Shown here piece by piece: positions 12,636 through 26,330 of a stretch of 64,000 nucleotides of DNA. The DNA lies in assembly GCF_006345805.1 (NCBI RefSeq), contig NC_043005.1:40424001-40488000 (forward strand). Reading direction: 5' to 3'. How positions within the stretch are numbered: the stretch's first letter is position 1; every line of letters starts with the position of its first letter. The notes below the pieces were generated by a model. It ran no database searches. It saw only the letters and a list, made by a program, of their open reading frames with translations, and was not told the DNA's origin. Position numbers and translations under genes: made by a program. The DNA comes from Octopus sinensis. Lineage: Eukaryota.

Positions 12636-14611
12636 TATTTTGTAGAATGTAGAAGCGACACACATAGAGATCTTAAGTGGTGACTAATGATGTTAATGCT
12701 CTTTTGGCTTGTGCAATATAATGTGCGGCACATTCTGGGTCAGTCGATGAGTAAGTGTGGTTCTTTTATATATCTATGTTAAACATAGATAAATACCATT
12801 GTAGCATAGCACAAAATTAGAATAAATATTAGTTGATAATTCAAGAATTACCTCACAAAATCTAGTTTGGCGCAGGCACGCTTCGTAGTTAATAGTTTTG
12901 GGTTCGATTCTGCTGTGCAAGATATTCCACCATAGCTTTTGGTCGTCTAAAGTTTCGTAAGTGAAATATGATAGGAAGAAACTGTTCAGAAATTCGACGG
13001 TCTATATCTGTTCATGGATTGTAGGACCCAATCCGTCACTCAGTTTAACACCCGAAGACCATGGGTACCATAAGTGTAGTTCACCCTGTTCCAAGCATTC
13101 AGACAAGGTCTTCCGATCCTGTTTGAGGATAGAAACCTCATTATTATAATGCACTTATTCCTGCGACAACCAACCAGATGTAGATCCTTCCTCCCGCCAG
13201 CTCATCTGACTGAACCACAAAAAAGTAAAAAAGATATTGAATATCTGCAAACTTCTAGAATCTCTCCCTCTTTTCACGTGCCATGCATACAAGTGTTGGT
13301 GATTATGAACCCTCATATCTGTAAGAGTCATGAATTTCCTTGGAAAGATACAGCTGTGATTTCCAGTTGCCTTTTGCCAGTTTATTTACAATTTAATTTG
13401 TTAGTCTTCTGCTTTCCTGGGTATACCGTCATGGTTTAGGGCCCGTTGAACTCTTACGTAGGAGGATTCGTTCGCCTGATATCAGAGAACGCGCACACTC
13501 CGGTGGTATATGTGACACACCTTGGAGTCAGTCGTTTTGCGAGTCTCATATACCATATCCAAGGAACTTTCTTCTTCTCTTTGACCCAGAAATCGAGACC
13601 GTAACAAGTACTACTGCTCCGAATCAGTTCAGACCTAGCAATTGTCGTCATTAACGAATAACACCATAAAGATAACTCCAAACTCGTTAATTTCCGAGCG
13701 AGAACAAAATTACAGATGTAGTTTAATCTGTTGACGAAGACAGAATCAATATTACAAATTATAACTCAAATTTCGACATAGCCACATCCTGATAGCAGAT
13801 ACTTGGACAAAATTTTATCTTTGTTGCTGATAGATAATTTTTGCTAATGGTTCAAAAAGTTAAAGTTTGGTGACAATAAATGAGAGACAGACACGCAGAC
13901 AGATAAACAAAATAATGTTCTCCTGATTCTCACGTACAACGAAAACCAGTAACACGCACACACACAAACACGCACACACAGACACACATATATGTGTGGT
14001 AAAAGAGAGACGAAGATGAAAGATACGAGAAATTTTATTAATCACTACAATTGTTTCGACATCGATTTCTCACGAGTGGAATATTTAACAACTGGTTCAG
14101 GAGCATATGACGGTGCAGTTGTGTCTCTTCGGGTGATAAATAGATATAACTCGTTAAAATAACAGTTCCGCAATGTATCTTCTCGTTTCGTGTAAAGAAA
14201 AGCAGCAATATTAAAGATCGATATTAAAATAACATATACAAAAAAAAAACAAAACAAAAGAAACGAACACGCAATACAGCAAAAAAAAAAGACAGAATGA
14301 AAATTATAAAGAGCTTAAGAAGATTTGGATCCATAATCACGCTTCAACTGCTGCATAGGTTCAAGGATAATTGTTTCAAATATTAAAGGATATTTTATTA
14401 AAGGATATTAAAGGATATAATTGTTTCAAATATTAAAGTAAAGTTTATTTCATCTCGTGATTCCCCTCTCTCAATTATCGCTAGTGAAGATCAGAATTTA
14501 AACGACTGAACATTGTCGCAAATATCAACGTTTGCACAACTTCAAAGGAATATTTGACGCTGGAGGCAATCTGATTCCAACTATCCTGCCACCCCACTTA
14601 CAAATGTTGGG

Positions 14612-14880
14612 TTTTCTATTCCAAATGAATACTCCAACCTTGACAATGACGAAATGTTTTTACAGTATGACAGCGGGGCGGAAGATTCAAAACGAATACT
14701 AATATTTGCAAGTGATGAAGCACTTCGACCGTTAAACCAGCACAAGAACTGGACGACAACTGGAACATTTAAGTGCTGTTCTAGTATATTTTTTCAGTTA
14801 TATATACTTCACATTCGAATTCATAATCTTAATGTCGCAAGGCACACATAGTAGACTTTTTGCCAAAATAAATGAATTAC
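14612..14880 (+). mobile_element. Mutator-like (MULE) transposase fragment
   Basis: FSIPNEYSNLDNDEMFLQYDSGAEDSKRILIFASDEALRPL...NWTTTGTFKCCSSIFFQLYILH matches the animal MULE region FL.YDSG...RILIF...W..DGTFK..P..F.QLY.IH. The first catalytic D is lost. Confidence 0.8.
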
Positions 14881-15002
14881 TGCAGATATGAACCCGCGTA
14901 TAAAATATGTCATGGAAAAATATGATCCAAGCCCCAAATTTATTTTTCTAAAACCAATTGCACACAATCTTAAATTTTAAGAAAAAATAAATATGTAATA
15001 TA

Positions 15003-15096
15003 GCGACGATTTGACGGACGACGAATTGACGTGGGGACGAATTGCCCCGCGACGAATTGACACTGGGGACAAATTAGCGACGACAAACTGACTGGA

Positions 15097-15098
<2 letters not shown>
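15003..15098. repeat. Array of six GACGAATTGAC-like motifs (probable MULE subterminal repeats)
   Basis: gcgacgatttgac/gacgacgaattgac/gggacgaattgcc/gcgacgaattgac/gggacaaattagc/acgacaaactgac, located ~120 bp downstream of the MULE fragment. Confidence 0.6.
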
Positions 15099-15148
<50 letters not shown>

Positions 15149-15170
15149 GTGCGTGTGTGTGTGTGTGTGT

Positions 15171-15212
<42 letters not shown>

Positions 15213-15328
15213 TGCGTGCGTGCGTGCGTGTGTTTTATGGTATAATAAGAATAGAGTAAAGTTTATTATCCTTTAACAAGAATCGTTTTCACGATGACTT
15301 CAAAGTTTTGGTCAGCTAAGCCATCATA

Positions 15329-15850
15329 CAGTACCGTGAAAAAGTTTTCTGCCACTTTAAACTATTGTAAATTTCTACTAATTGTCAACTTATAAGTGGA
15401 TATTTCGCATTGCATTTTTTACAGATGAAACATTGGCCCTGTTAGAGTCCTTTCCATATCTAATCGTTATAGTTTGTAGTAGAGGTTCTGAAAGAGAGGG
15501 GAAGATGCGAGACGACCACCAAAAACGGCTGTGCAAAAGTTTTCGGCCACCTTACACAAACCAATCAAAAATACCTGTAATGAAAATTTATTACATATTA
15601 TTCATTTCAAGATGTTACTGCACATTGTTAATATTTCGTGTGACTTCTCTTAGCTTGAATAATTGCTTCAATGCGCCTGGGAGGAGATGCGTACAAATCC
15701 TTCACCATCTTCACAGGTATGAGATGCCATTCTCTGTGGCTGAGCTGGATTCTTCTAACGAACTCTTCTTTTTAGTTCTGTCCACATTTACTCGATGATA
15801 TTTCAGTCAGGGCTTTGAGCTTGTCCTTCAGCAACTTTTGCACCGTACTG
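15329..15850 (-). mobile_element. Internally deleted Tc1 element (522 bp) with TIRs and TA TSD
   Basis: TA|cagtaccgtgaaaaagtt ... aacttttgcaccgtactg|TA. The minus strand retains the C-terminus: WTELKRRV...EWHLIPVKMVKDLYASPPRRIEAIIQAKRSHTKY*. Confidence 0.88.
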
Positions 15851-17007
15851 TATCTTTTACTTGTTTCAGTCATTAGACAGCAGCCATGCTGTGGCAGTGC
15901 TTTGAGAAATTGTAGTCGAACGAATCGAGCCTAGTATTTATTTTCTTTTTAAGCTTGATGTATATATCATGTGTATGTGGGTGTGTGTCTGCATTGGTGT
16001 GTGTCTGCATTGGTGTGTGTGGATGGATGGTGTAGTTGTATATATGATAAAGAAAAACAAAAGAAAACAACATAGATACATACATATATATGTGTGTGTG
16101 TTTGTGTATGTGTGTGTGTGTGTATGTGTGTGTATGTATGTGTGCGCGGGCATGCGTGTATATGTTATATGTGCATACCTGAATAGAATGTACCTACGTG
16201 TTTATGATCATGTTTATATTGAAAGGCATTCTATTCTAACGCCCCCTTTTCTCTGGTGTTTTCCTGAGAAATAGCTATCAAATTCCTTGGCACACCTTGG
16301 ATGTTCGAAATGTATGACACAAGATGCCTATCACGTAGTCACGGTGCCACAGTCGTACTGAGTGTCGTGTTAATTGTACTGATGTTCGGATGTAAATCAT
16401 TGACCTGTTAACTACAAAACACACGTTTCTATCCTAATACTTCGTAGGAGTAGGGGGTGTTGTTGAATGAAAATTAAAATTATAACTATAACAGCTTATA
16501 ATTGTTTTCTATATTATATCGCAACGGGAAGCCGGTATTCGGTTGCTAGAACTGATAGAAATAGTCATTAAATGTCTTTAAGTAACAGCCAGCTTTCTTC
16601 AAACAGAAATGATATATTGGACAATGCCAGGTTAGCCATAGTCTGAATGACTTTAACCAGAGATCTGTACGATCTTTACTGGGGCTTAACAAGAACATCA
16701 ACACATACAACAAATCAACGGGAGAACCTCGATGCGTTTACTCGACCTACTGGATTTAACAAGCAATCTCCTTCAGTGAATGAAACATCAATATGAGATG
16801 ATCATGACTGGAATGCCTTTGGCCACAGATTGGTTCTATCACCGCTGGGATCAAAACAGAATTAGTCAAACAAATAACTCTGACCTCCAATAGACCAGCG
16901 CCAGCTTGATACCACCCTCATACAGAAATGACTGTTAAGATAATTATGATGACTAACAATGACTTAAAGCATGGCAACTGAACCGACATTATTTATAGGG
17001 TATATAA

Positions 17008-17421
17008 GGCGGCGAGCTGGCAGAGTCGTTAGCACGCCGGGCGAAATGCTTAGCGGTATTTCGTCTGCCGCTGCGTTCTGAGTTCAAATTCCGCCGAGGT
17101 CGACTTTGCCTTTCATCCTTTCAGGGTCGATTAAATAAGTACCAGTTACGCACTGGGGTCGATATAATCGACTTAATCCGTTTGTCTGTCCTTGTTTGTC
17201 CTCTCTGTGTTTAGTCCCTTGTGGGTAGTAAAGAAATAAGTATTTCGTCTGCCGTTACGTTCTGAGTTCAAATTCCGCCGATGTCAACTTTGCCTTTCAT
17301 TCTTTCGGGGTCGATAAATAAAGTACCGGTTACGTACTGGGGTCGATGTAATCGACTTAATCCGTTTGTCTGTCCTGTTTGTCCCCTCTATGTTTAGACC
17401 CTTCTGGGCAATAAAGAAATA
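17008..17421 (+). mobile_element. SINE family 2, head-to-tail dimer (second unit lacks the first ~50 nt of the head)
   Basis: ggcggcgagctggcagagtcgttagc (A-box-like)...gagttcaaattcc (B-box-like)...taaagaaataag; the unit restarts at tatttcgtctgccg (~17241). Confidence 0.9.
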
Positions 17422-18169
17422 ATCATTTATAGGGTAGGCATCGGTCAAAAAATAGATCATTCCCAGTTTTGGAACGTGTGTGTATTTGTTTATTCGTATC
17501 TAAATACGTATGTATATACGCAAAATACAAACGTAAATATATAAGCGTATGTACATATAAATCATTTTAGACGCACAAGCATACAATAATAGTGACAGTA
17601 CATCCTTTAGTACAGATATTTTAAAAATGAATGGTCATTCATATAAGCGACTGTTTCCGGTAAATACATTGATATGTGTATGCAATTCACTTCTCCCGCC
17701 AAGGTGTGCCAAATATGTAACAGAAACGAGCAACAAAATGTAACAAAAACAAAACAAAACAGAAAAACGTTCTTTATAAAGAGATATTTATCAACTGATC
17801 CCATTTTCTTTTGTTTTATTCCTTTTACACTTCTCTTCCCATTTATATATTTTATTTTGGTTTTTGTTGTTTGTATATGTTTGTAAACAGACATCTCCAT
17901 TTTAAAAGTACATATAACCAATATCGCCCGCAGTGTTACTCTTGCCATCTTCGATAGGAAGTTCCAGCCTTGTGGTGTTTAACTATACATACATACAAAC
18001 ATACATACATACATACATACATACATACATACATACATACATACATACATGCATACATACATACATACATACATGCATGCATGCATACATACATACATAC
18101 ATACATTCATTCATACATTCATATATATATATACACACACGCGCGCACACACACGCACGCACACACACG

Positions 18170-18207
<38 letters not shown>

Positions 18208-18247
18208 TATATATATATATAAATGTATACACATACATACATCCATA

Positions 18248-19475
18248 CAGGGGTTGGACAAAATAATGGAAACATCTAGCGTCGTAGCATCATAATTCTA
18301 AAATATCTATAAAACCGTCAAAAGCTTGTTTATTTTATGTTTTTAGTTATTCATTATTAGTGTCGTTTTACATGGTTTGCTAAAATTGCTGTTTATTTTC
18401 AGATATCATTAGAAAAAGTTAATTAAAATTCATTAAAATGACAGCTCTGTCGGACTTTCAAAGAAGTCGTATTGTAGGCGCATTCGTAACGAAAACAGCC
18501 GAAATGTTTGGTGTATCAAGAAGTACTGTCTTGAAAGTGATGGCAGCCTTTGAGAAAGAGGGAAAAAAATATGCTTGTCCAAACAAAAAACTTGAAGAAA
18601 ACTAAAATTTTCAGATAGGGACCGTCGGTCTCTTACGCGAATTGTTAGAAAGGATCACAAAAGTACAAATCCCCAAAATTACTGCAGTTCCCACAAAATC
18701 TGTTCGCCGAGAGCTGCACAAAGCCGGATTTCACTGGAGGGCTGCAATCAGAAAACCGCTCCTTTCAAAAACAAACGTTGCAAAGCTTTTAGAGTGGAGT
18801 AAAAACCTACAGAATTGGTCCCTAGAGCAGTGGAAGAATGTTATTTTCTCGGACGAGCCATCCTTTACCTTATTTCTGACCACCGGCCAAGTATACACGT
18901 GGAGACAGTCAAAAGAAGCATTTGACCCAGACTGCTTTCTTCCAACTGTTAAACGTGGAGGAGGAGCTGTGATGATCGGGTTGGGGGCTATATCTTGGAA
19001 ATCCGCCGGCCCAACGGTTTCCCTTCATGGCAGAATTAATAGTCAAGACTATTTAAGCTTTTTATTTGATAAAATTCATCCTATGGTTATGGAACTGTTT
19101 CCGGAGGGAAACGCAATCTTTCAAGATGATAATGCACCAATTCACACAGTTAAAGTTGTTACTGAATGGCACGAGGAACATTCTAGTGAAGTTGAACATC
19201 ATATCTGGTCATCACAGCCCCCAGATCTCAATATTATCGAACATTTAGGGAGCATTTTAGAAAAACAAGCAAGGAGTCGATATCCACCACCATCATCACT
19301 ACAAGAACTGGAGACTGTTTTAGCTGAGGAATGGACAAAAATTCCTTTGGAAACAATTCAAACTATGTACCTCATAGAATTCATGCTGTAATTATTGCCA
19401 AAGGCGGTCCTACCCCATAATAAAATAAATTTGTTTTAAATTTTAAGGTGCTTCTATTATTTTGTCCAACCCCGG
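18248..19475 (+). mobile_element. Near full-length Tc1-like element (1228 bp), DD36E transposase, frameshifted
   Basis: TA|caggggttggacaaaataatggaaaca ... gcttctattattttgtccaaccccgg|TA. ATG at 18438 (MTALSDFQRSRIVGA), with frameshifts near 18570-18670. The ORF to 19391 has FSDEPSF, FQDDNAPIH and PDLNIIE, with 36 residues between D and E. Confidence 0.93.
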
Positions 19476-19526
19476 TATATACACACAAACATACATACAT
19501 ACATATATATATATAATATATATATA

Positions 19527-19583
<57 letters not shown>

Positions 19584-19584
<1 letters not shown>

Positions 19585-21409
19585 TAGCAGAGATACGTGG
19601 CGTTGTTCGGGATTAAAATGTCGTAATTTTTATATATATTACAGTTATGTCGAAACAGGCTGTACGAGAAACTGCAGCATTGACGACAAATCATTTGTGG
19701 AGTAAATGATCGACTAATTCGTCTAAGCGACATGTTATGCATCCGTTTGGAGGATTCCAGGTCCTAACCTGTCATGGAGAACTGGGGGTGGGGGATAAGT
19801 GATTTTTGAACACACTGAAAAGCTGTCAGTGGGTATAATCTCCCTTGAGGCGGTCGGCGATGCGTCTAACACGTTCCATCGTCTGAAGTTTTGACACCTC
19901 CTTTGGGTCTGTTGTCGTACATCACTCATAAAGTAAATTCGGAGGAATTTTGGTAGTTCATTTGTGGGCAACAGGGAACCAATGAGGTGACAGACTTGCC
20001 CTTGAACTTTGAATGTCGGCATAAATCCATGTTCAGCTATCTCCTTAGATGCACTAAACGATGTCATTTGAAATGCAGAGTTGTATTGTCTGATATTGTT
20101 AAGAAAATCCTTTGACTGGATGGAAGTGTCTTCCAGAAGATCCATAAGAAGTTGAGGAGGAGCTGGTAGTGCTGACAATTTTACCTTACCGCCTGAACAG
20201 CACATGCCCTTAATTTCATTTGGAAATTTTAAAGCTTTTCAGAAACGACAATTGGTTTAGCACACCAATTTGAATAGAATATCATTTTTATAAGAATGGG
20301 ATGGATCATATCTGAAAGCAGCTCCAGGAGTTGTGAAGAATGAATTTGTACGTGTTCTGTTTCTGAGAGCTATTCTATTGGGCCTCTGTCTAATCATTAA
20401 AACGTTGTTTTTATGATTTAGCATTAAGTGTTGCAGCATGCCTTTGCTGATCTTCAGAAAGTCTCATCTCCCTTCTGTATTGAGACTCCATCTGACGTGC
20501 TACAGCAAGCCGTTGCTGATCTTTTGAAAATCTCGTCTTCCTTCTCTGTTGAGACTCTTGCCTTCGGTTTTCTACCATCCTACTTGCTTTATACTTATTT
20601 CTGGTGAGATTACCTCTTTTCTTTGGTAGCATATTTTTTTCCAATATTGTAAATAAAAAATTATGAACATAGGAAAAATTATATATTGATCTCCATTTCT
20701 GTAAGCAGTTGTTTGTCTTTATTTTCATATGCAGTATAGAGTAACCAAATATAATCAAATTAACCAAATGTAGGAACTGCTAATTTAACGGTAAATGCCA
20801 CAATAATTATTATAAATAAATTTCTTAATATATATATATATATATATTAAGCACATGTATTAAATGTTAATGTAAGGGTTGATATGTAATTGTAAATACC
20901 TTGTAACCTTGCAACTGCTGCGATATTATTAACTGGTAATTGAACGGTAAACGTGTATTTTTATATACCTTGGACCTGCTGCCTCATTGTTTGTTTTTTT
21001 TTGTGAAAAGTTTCACCTCCAGCTGTTCGTTATGTCAGTCAACACACCATTCCGCTGTCGTGGCCGTAAAGACGGAAAGTTGCCGATGCGTAATCTTGTT
21101 CACATTAGGATATAAATTATTCATTTATTTCAAATATAATGGAAATAAAATTATCTTAGAGTTATCACATTAGAAGTAAAGGTGAAAGAATAAAAGTGAA
21201 ACAATATTACAATCTTAAAGCGAAAGAATAAAAGTGAAATATTATCATCTTTTGACACGTAATACCGAAGCAGTTTAAAAGATTGTTCCGGGCCTGCATT
21301 AGGCAAGAAGTTGAAAATGGACACATGTGTAAAATTTGAATGAAATCGGTTGGGTACTTCTTCAGTTTTAGGGATTCACATATACAGACAGACAGACGAG
21401 CATGCTCAG

Positions 21410-21415
<6 letters not shown>
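19584..21415 (-). mobile_element. Non-autonomous Helitron carrying the RepHel N-terminal region
   Basis: The minus-strand 3' end is cccgaacaacgccacgtatctctgCTAG|t. The 5' region reads ...aaaactgagcatgctcgtctgtctgtctg...accgatttcattcaaattt. ORF 19735-20205 (MCCSGGKVKL...FLNNIRQYNSAFQMTSF...GFMPTFKVQGQVCHLIGSLLP) is typical of the RepHel N-terminus, and charged repeats lie upstream (20411-20767). Confidence 0.88.
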
Positions 21416-21469
<54 letters not shown>

Positions 21470-21745
21470 ATATACATATATATATATACATATATATGTA
21501 TATATATATGTATATATATATATATATATGTATATATATGTATGTATGTATATATATATATATATATATATCAACAATTGAGGGTAAAATTAATTAATTA
21601 ATCAATTTCACCAAGTGTTCAGTATGTAAAATGACCATTTAAGGCGAATTCAAAATATTACATTATATAATTAGGGCTTAGTAAAATAAATTACTTTGCC
21701 ACATACTGAACTTAGTAGAAATAGCAGCCAAAAAAAAAATTTATA

Positions 21746-21829
<84 letters not shown>

Positions 21830-23077
21830 CATATATATGTACATACTCAAACGCATATATATAATATATATAACATAGACATAGCAAATAGTAAACAACG
21901 TGACCAATCTACTTAGATACTGCTTTTTCTTTCGTGTATACACCTCTTTCCTCAGTATGGTGAGGCAGAAAGTTTCGTGAAGTGTAGTTTATATATTAGC
22001 GTGACAAAATAATTCTTCTCCATGATCAAAAACATTTCCACAAAGATATGAAAGTTAATAAATTATTCAACAGGAACAATCTAAAATTTAGTTGTTCCAC
22101 AATACCTTTTGTATGAAAACCATTTCGTTACATAACCGTAGAGACACAATATCACATTGTACCAAATAGGAGATAACAATTATTACCGAAACACTGAGTC
22201 GACTCCGTTAGATAAGTAGTGCCTAAGTATATATTGTGCATCAGGCCATTACAACTAAAAGCAAACTGTAGCGGTATATATAAAATATCAGTTTCATGGA
22301 ATATTTATCTAAGAGTCGACTACACTAGCATATGAAGTCTTTCAAACTCAGCAATAAAGGACTGGAGTGAATCTTTCAGCATTGTACGATCTATTTTGAT
22401 TATTTATAGTTCAAAACGTTTCGAATTACGTTTGCACTGGAAATATATCATAAACTACCTTAATGAAAATACAGTTGATACCATGTAGATAGTATAAAAA
22501 CATTTGCTATATTAACTTCGTGGCAACAGAAAACCAGTTACGTCATACATCATATGACACGTTTTCATCCATTTTGCTTTAAAAAAATTATGAAGTTTTC
22601 TTCTAAAAGTTACAGTTAAAACTGCTGAACACTACAAGTTAAAATGGAAAGATAGCACAAACATATCTCGAGGCACTTTATTTAAATATTTTTGAGCATG
22701 AGCGTACGAAAACATCGATGCCGAAAGAATTTTAGAATTTCACTTCACAATCTTGAAACATAAGGGTCGATCTCACTGCGCAGCAAACTGAGCGACTATT
22801 ATCTACAAAAGCCTTGGGTCAAGTCAAGCTTTGTGAATCTAACTGGGTAGACGGAAACCGCGTGGAAGCTCGCGAGATGAACTTCCTTTGTGACACAAAT
22901 TGGTAACAATATCACATTGTACTATACTAATTCTACTTTAGAATCACGTGAACGGTGGAAATGACACGCTGGAAATCCAGTCAATTACGCTGTAGATCTA
23001 TACGTGTAGGCAGATAGGTTGATTGAACAATATGAATAGTCATTGTTAAAACTGACACAAATCATATTAAAATTTTT

Positions 23078-23123
<46 letters not shown>

Positions 23124-23166
23124 TGTATATTTATATGTATATGCACATATATATATATATATAATA

Positions 23167-23204
<38 letters not shown>

Positions 23205-23327
23205 GTTAGAGATAAAACCACTATTAGGCAAATCATACAATGAAAAACTTAAGCCATACATAAGATTAATTAATTTATATTATTTTAAATATATATCAAA
23301 ATTATTAAAAAAAGATAATGAGTATAA

Positions 23328-23390
23328 CACTACGATCGTTTCATGGCTGTCCAATTTGTAAAAATTCGAGTTACAGTCAATCTTCAGGTG
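23328..23390 (-). ncRNA. Minimal type-I hammerhead ribozyme-like motif
   Basis: cac CTGAAGA t tgactgt-[22 nt]-acagcca t GAAAC GATC GTA gtg. Stem I is cac/gtg, the core is canonical, stem III is palindromic (ACGATCGT) and the triplet is GUA. Confidence 0.65.
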
Positions 23391-23469
23391 ACTGAAATAT
23401 CTAAAATATAATCAGAAATATTTAAACAATATTTTAAAGATATAAATAATGTATATAATATATATATAT

Positions 23470-23525
<56 letters not shown>

Positions 23526-23542
23526 ATAATATATATATATAT

Positions 23543-23611
<69 letters not shown>

Positions 23612-24149
23612 TAACTTATAAATAAGGGCAAACGAAAACATTTCTAATGCCAAATATGCCGAAAATTGGACATAATGTCATTACCATATAATTTTTCACA
23701 ATCTGCACGCTACTCAAAAAAAGCTGACAGAAATTTCTAAAAAATTCCATTATTACCATATCGGACCGATTTCAGGGTTAGTTCGTTAGAACCCTCCCTT
23801 CGTCGGTGATAAATGTGGCAATGAAATAAATGAGATACTTACTCATACCCATGGAAGAAGCAAAACACTAAGTCATGAGCACAATTAAGTACCCCAAATA
23901 CATCCAAAATAGAAATACTCCAGCCCATTCAAGACTCGTGTGATTTGAACTGAGGCTCTCACAGAGTGAGCGAGTCCGGAAGTGAACACTTAAACTATCC
24001 TACATTAAATATATATATATATATATATATGTATGTGTATATATATGTATATATATATATGTATGTAAGTATATATATATATAAGAATATTTTGCGTAAT
24101 GAGATAAAAACCAAGGCTGTGTAGATATTAACACATTTATAGATAGAAG

Positions 24150-24201
24150 GTCTTACAGTTGTTTCCAGGATATTTATTAATTATATCCCTTCATCGGAGA
24201 C
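24150..24201 (-). ncRNA. Hammerhead-like motif with U4->C core change
   Basis: gtct CCGATGA agggatat-aattaataa-atatcct g GAAAC AACT GTA agac. Stem I gtct/agac is perfect. Confidence 0.55.
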
Positions 24202-24342
24202 GGTGTGAGAGGGTGATTAAGTCATAGCTAGTTTAGATGTGATACAAAACTATGTATGGTCTGTCAATAGTACTTATTCAGCTTTACCTGACACCTCTAG
24301 GTCTGAATGACACCATTATCTCTTATAACCTCAACTATATAT

Positions 24343-24417
<75 letters not shown>

Positions 24418-25149
24418 TATGCATGTGTATGTAAATATATGTATGTTTGTGAATGTATGTATGTGTGTGTGCACGACTGAGAAATTACTCATTTTATCAC
24501 GTGATGTTGATAACGTGAATGTAACGCATTTTGAACGAGATTTCAAAAATCTTGATAAGAATGTTGACTACTCGAAACAAATAATATTACGAACAATTGT
24601 TATATTGTTTCAGTGGGAACACTACAAACAGAATCAATTAACTTGAAATACTTAACGGAAATCTATTTTTAAACCAGATAATCACATGCATTTTGCATGA
24701 CATGTATATGTATGTACGCACATCAGCCACACTCCTGACACATATGTATGCACACAGAAACGTGCGTGCATAGATGTGTGTAATGTTTATTATATGACAT
24801 TATGCGTATGTGTGCGTATGTATGCATGTATACGTATGTGCGTATATATGTGTGTGCGTGTGTGTGTACGTGTGGTGTGTGTGTGCGTGTGTGTGTGTGT
24901 GTGTGTGTGCGTGCTAGTTTCTGAAGAGCCAAATTAATGCGAGATCTAAGTAAAGTGACACAGAAGAAATACGTTATTGGTTTACACTTTTACCTCATAT
25001 TCTGATATTTCAGGATTAAGATTCCTCTTCAGGAAAACTAAATCGGTGTTTTTGTATGGCAAGCTACCATTTCTACGCAGTAGCGCATGTATGTATGTGG
25101 AAGGGGTAGTTGATTTGACATGCGCAACATAGTATTGCTATAACATCCA

Positions 25150-26330
25150 ATCAGCTATGCACGACTCGGTTCTGTTGTTGATACAAGGTTTGGTCATGCT
25201 AATGATGATGGCTCCTTTTTTCCTTGGTTCCCAAGTGTTTTGCTTCTTAGCCTCAATGGAGACCTGGATGTCTTTGTCGTGACATATCCGTTGGAGTCTT
25301 TTGACGGAAGAAACATCAAAACAGGGATGTTCTTAAACCTGGATGTGTAGTTGTTCCACAATACTTCTAATATAGGATTTATCGCATTTCTCACACGTGA
25401 TTTTATATGCCTCGTAGGAATGCAAACGTATGTTCTCATTATTGATTGGGCAGTTGGGCAATGTGCAAATGACGTTGTTGGGGATAGGCCGATTTCTAGT
25501 TAGGAACCTCCTCAGGGAGGATCTGGAATGTGTTAGCTTTTTATTCAAATTCCTTGCTGATATCTCCAGCGGCAGCAGTTTAAAAAAACACGTTATCCTT
25601 GGATGTGTGGGTTTCCTTAGGTGATCCTATGATGTTCTGGTGTTTGGCGAAATAGTTTGGACAACTGTTGCTCATAAGAACTTTTCGGAATTGTATGTTA
25701 TTGCTCTTTTAGTCTCCTGCTTCGCTGCATTTACTGCGTATTCTGTGAATGTCATATCAAGTGGGACGTTTTGGTTTTGATGGGTAGGGAAGAATTGTAA
25801 TGCACAAATAGGTCCTTGCATGTCGCTTTTCTGTAAGAGTTATTGTATACCTGGAGCTATTCTTCGCGATTTTGAGTTCGAAATCATAGAGATGAGGAAC
25901 CGGTGTTATCAGGGTACTCTACTTCAAATTTTATGCGATTAGCAATATTGTCAAATTTTCGTATATTTTGATGGCCTCCTTGCGAAAGGGTGTGTTAGAA
26001 TAAGAATGTGTAAAACGGCGCAAGAGAGAAAAGTGTCGAGGGCCTTGCTTTCTTACTGGTCTATGTCTATGATGGCCAGTAGGTCTGGCTAGCTTAACTC
26101 CACTGGCTGTCCAGAGATTTGTTTGTAAATAAAGCCTCAGAATTGGAAGAAAGTATTCATTATGGTAGTCAACAGTTCGCGGATATCTGGTGCTGTAACC
26201 CCGAAGCAGTTAAGGTTGTGAGAGGAGGCAATGTGTTTGGTTACTAAGAACACCTTTACGCTGATGTCTTCGTAAAAAAAAAGAACTGCTTTCGAAAATA
26301 CTTCCAAGTGACGCCACAGAAAGGAACAGT
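25150..26330 (-). mobile_element. Penelope-like retroelement remnant (RT C-terminal half + GIY-YIG endonuclease)
   Basis: Minus strand: FFQF*GFIYKQISG, IKFEVEYPD, YRKATCKDLFVHYNSSLP, then AYKITCEKCDKSYIRS..QLHIQV*EH...IIISMTKPCINNRTE. It is heavily disrupted. Confidence 0.8.

Noticed and set aside
12961-13700. Mixed-sequence stretch with several short ORFs
   Set aside because: Manual translation of 13020-13440 on the minus strand and partial plus-strand frames gave no recognisable motif, and there are frequent stops.
17008-17100. tRNA genes at SINE heads (also 34372, 42237, 44865)
   Set aside because: A/B-box-like motifs are present but no complete cloverleaf, and each continues into a repeated SINE body.
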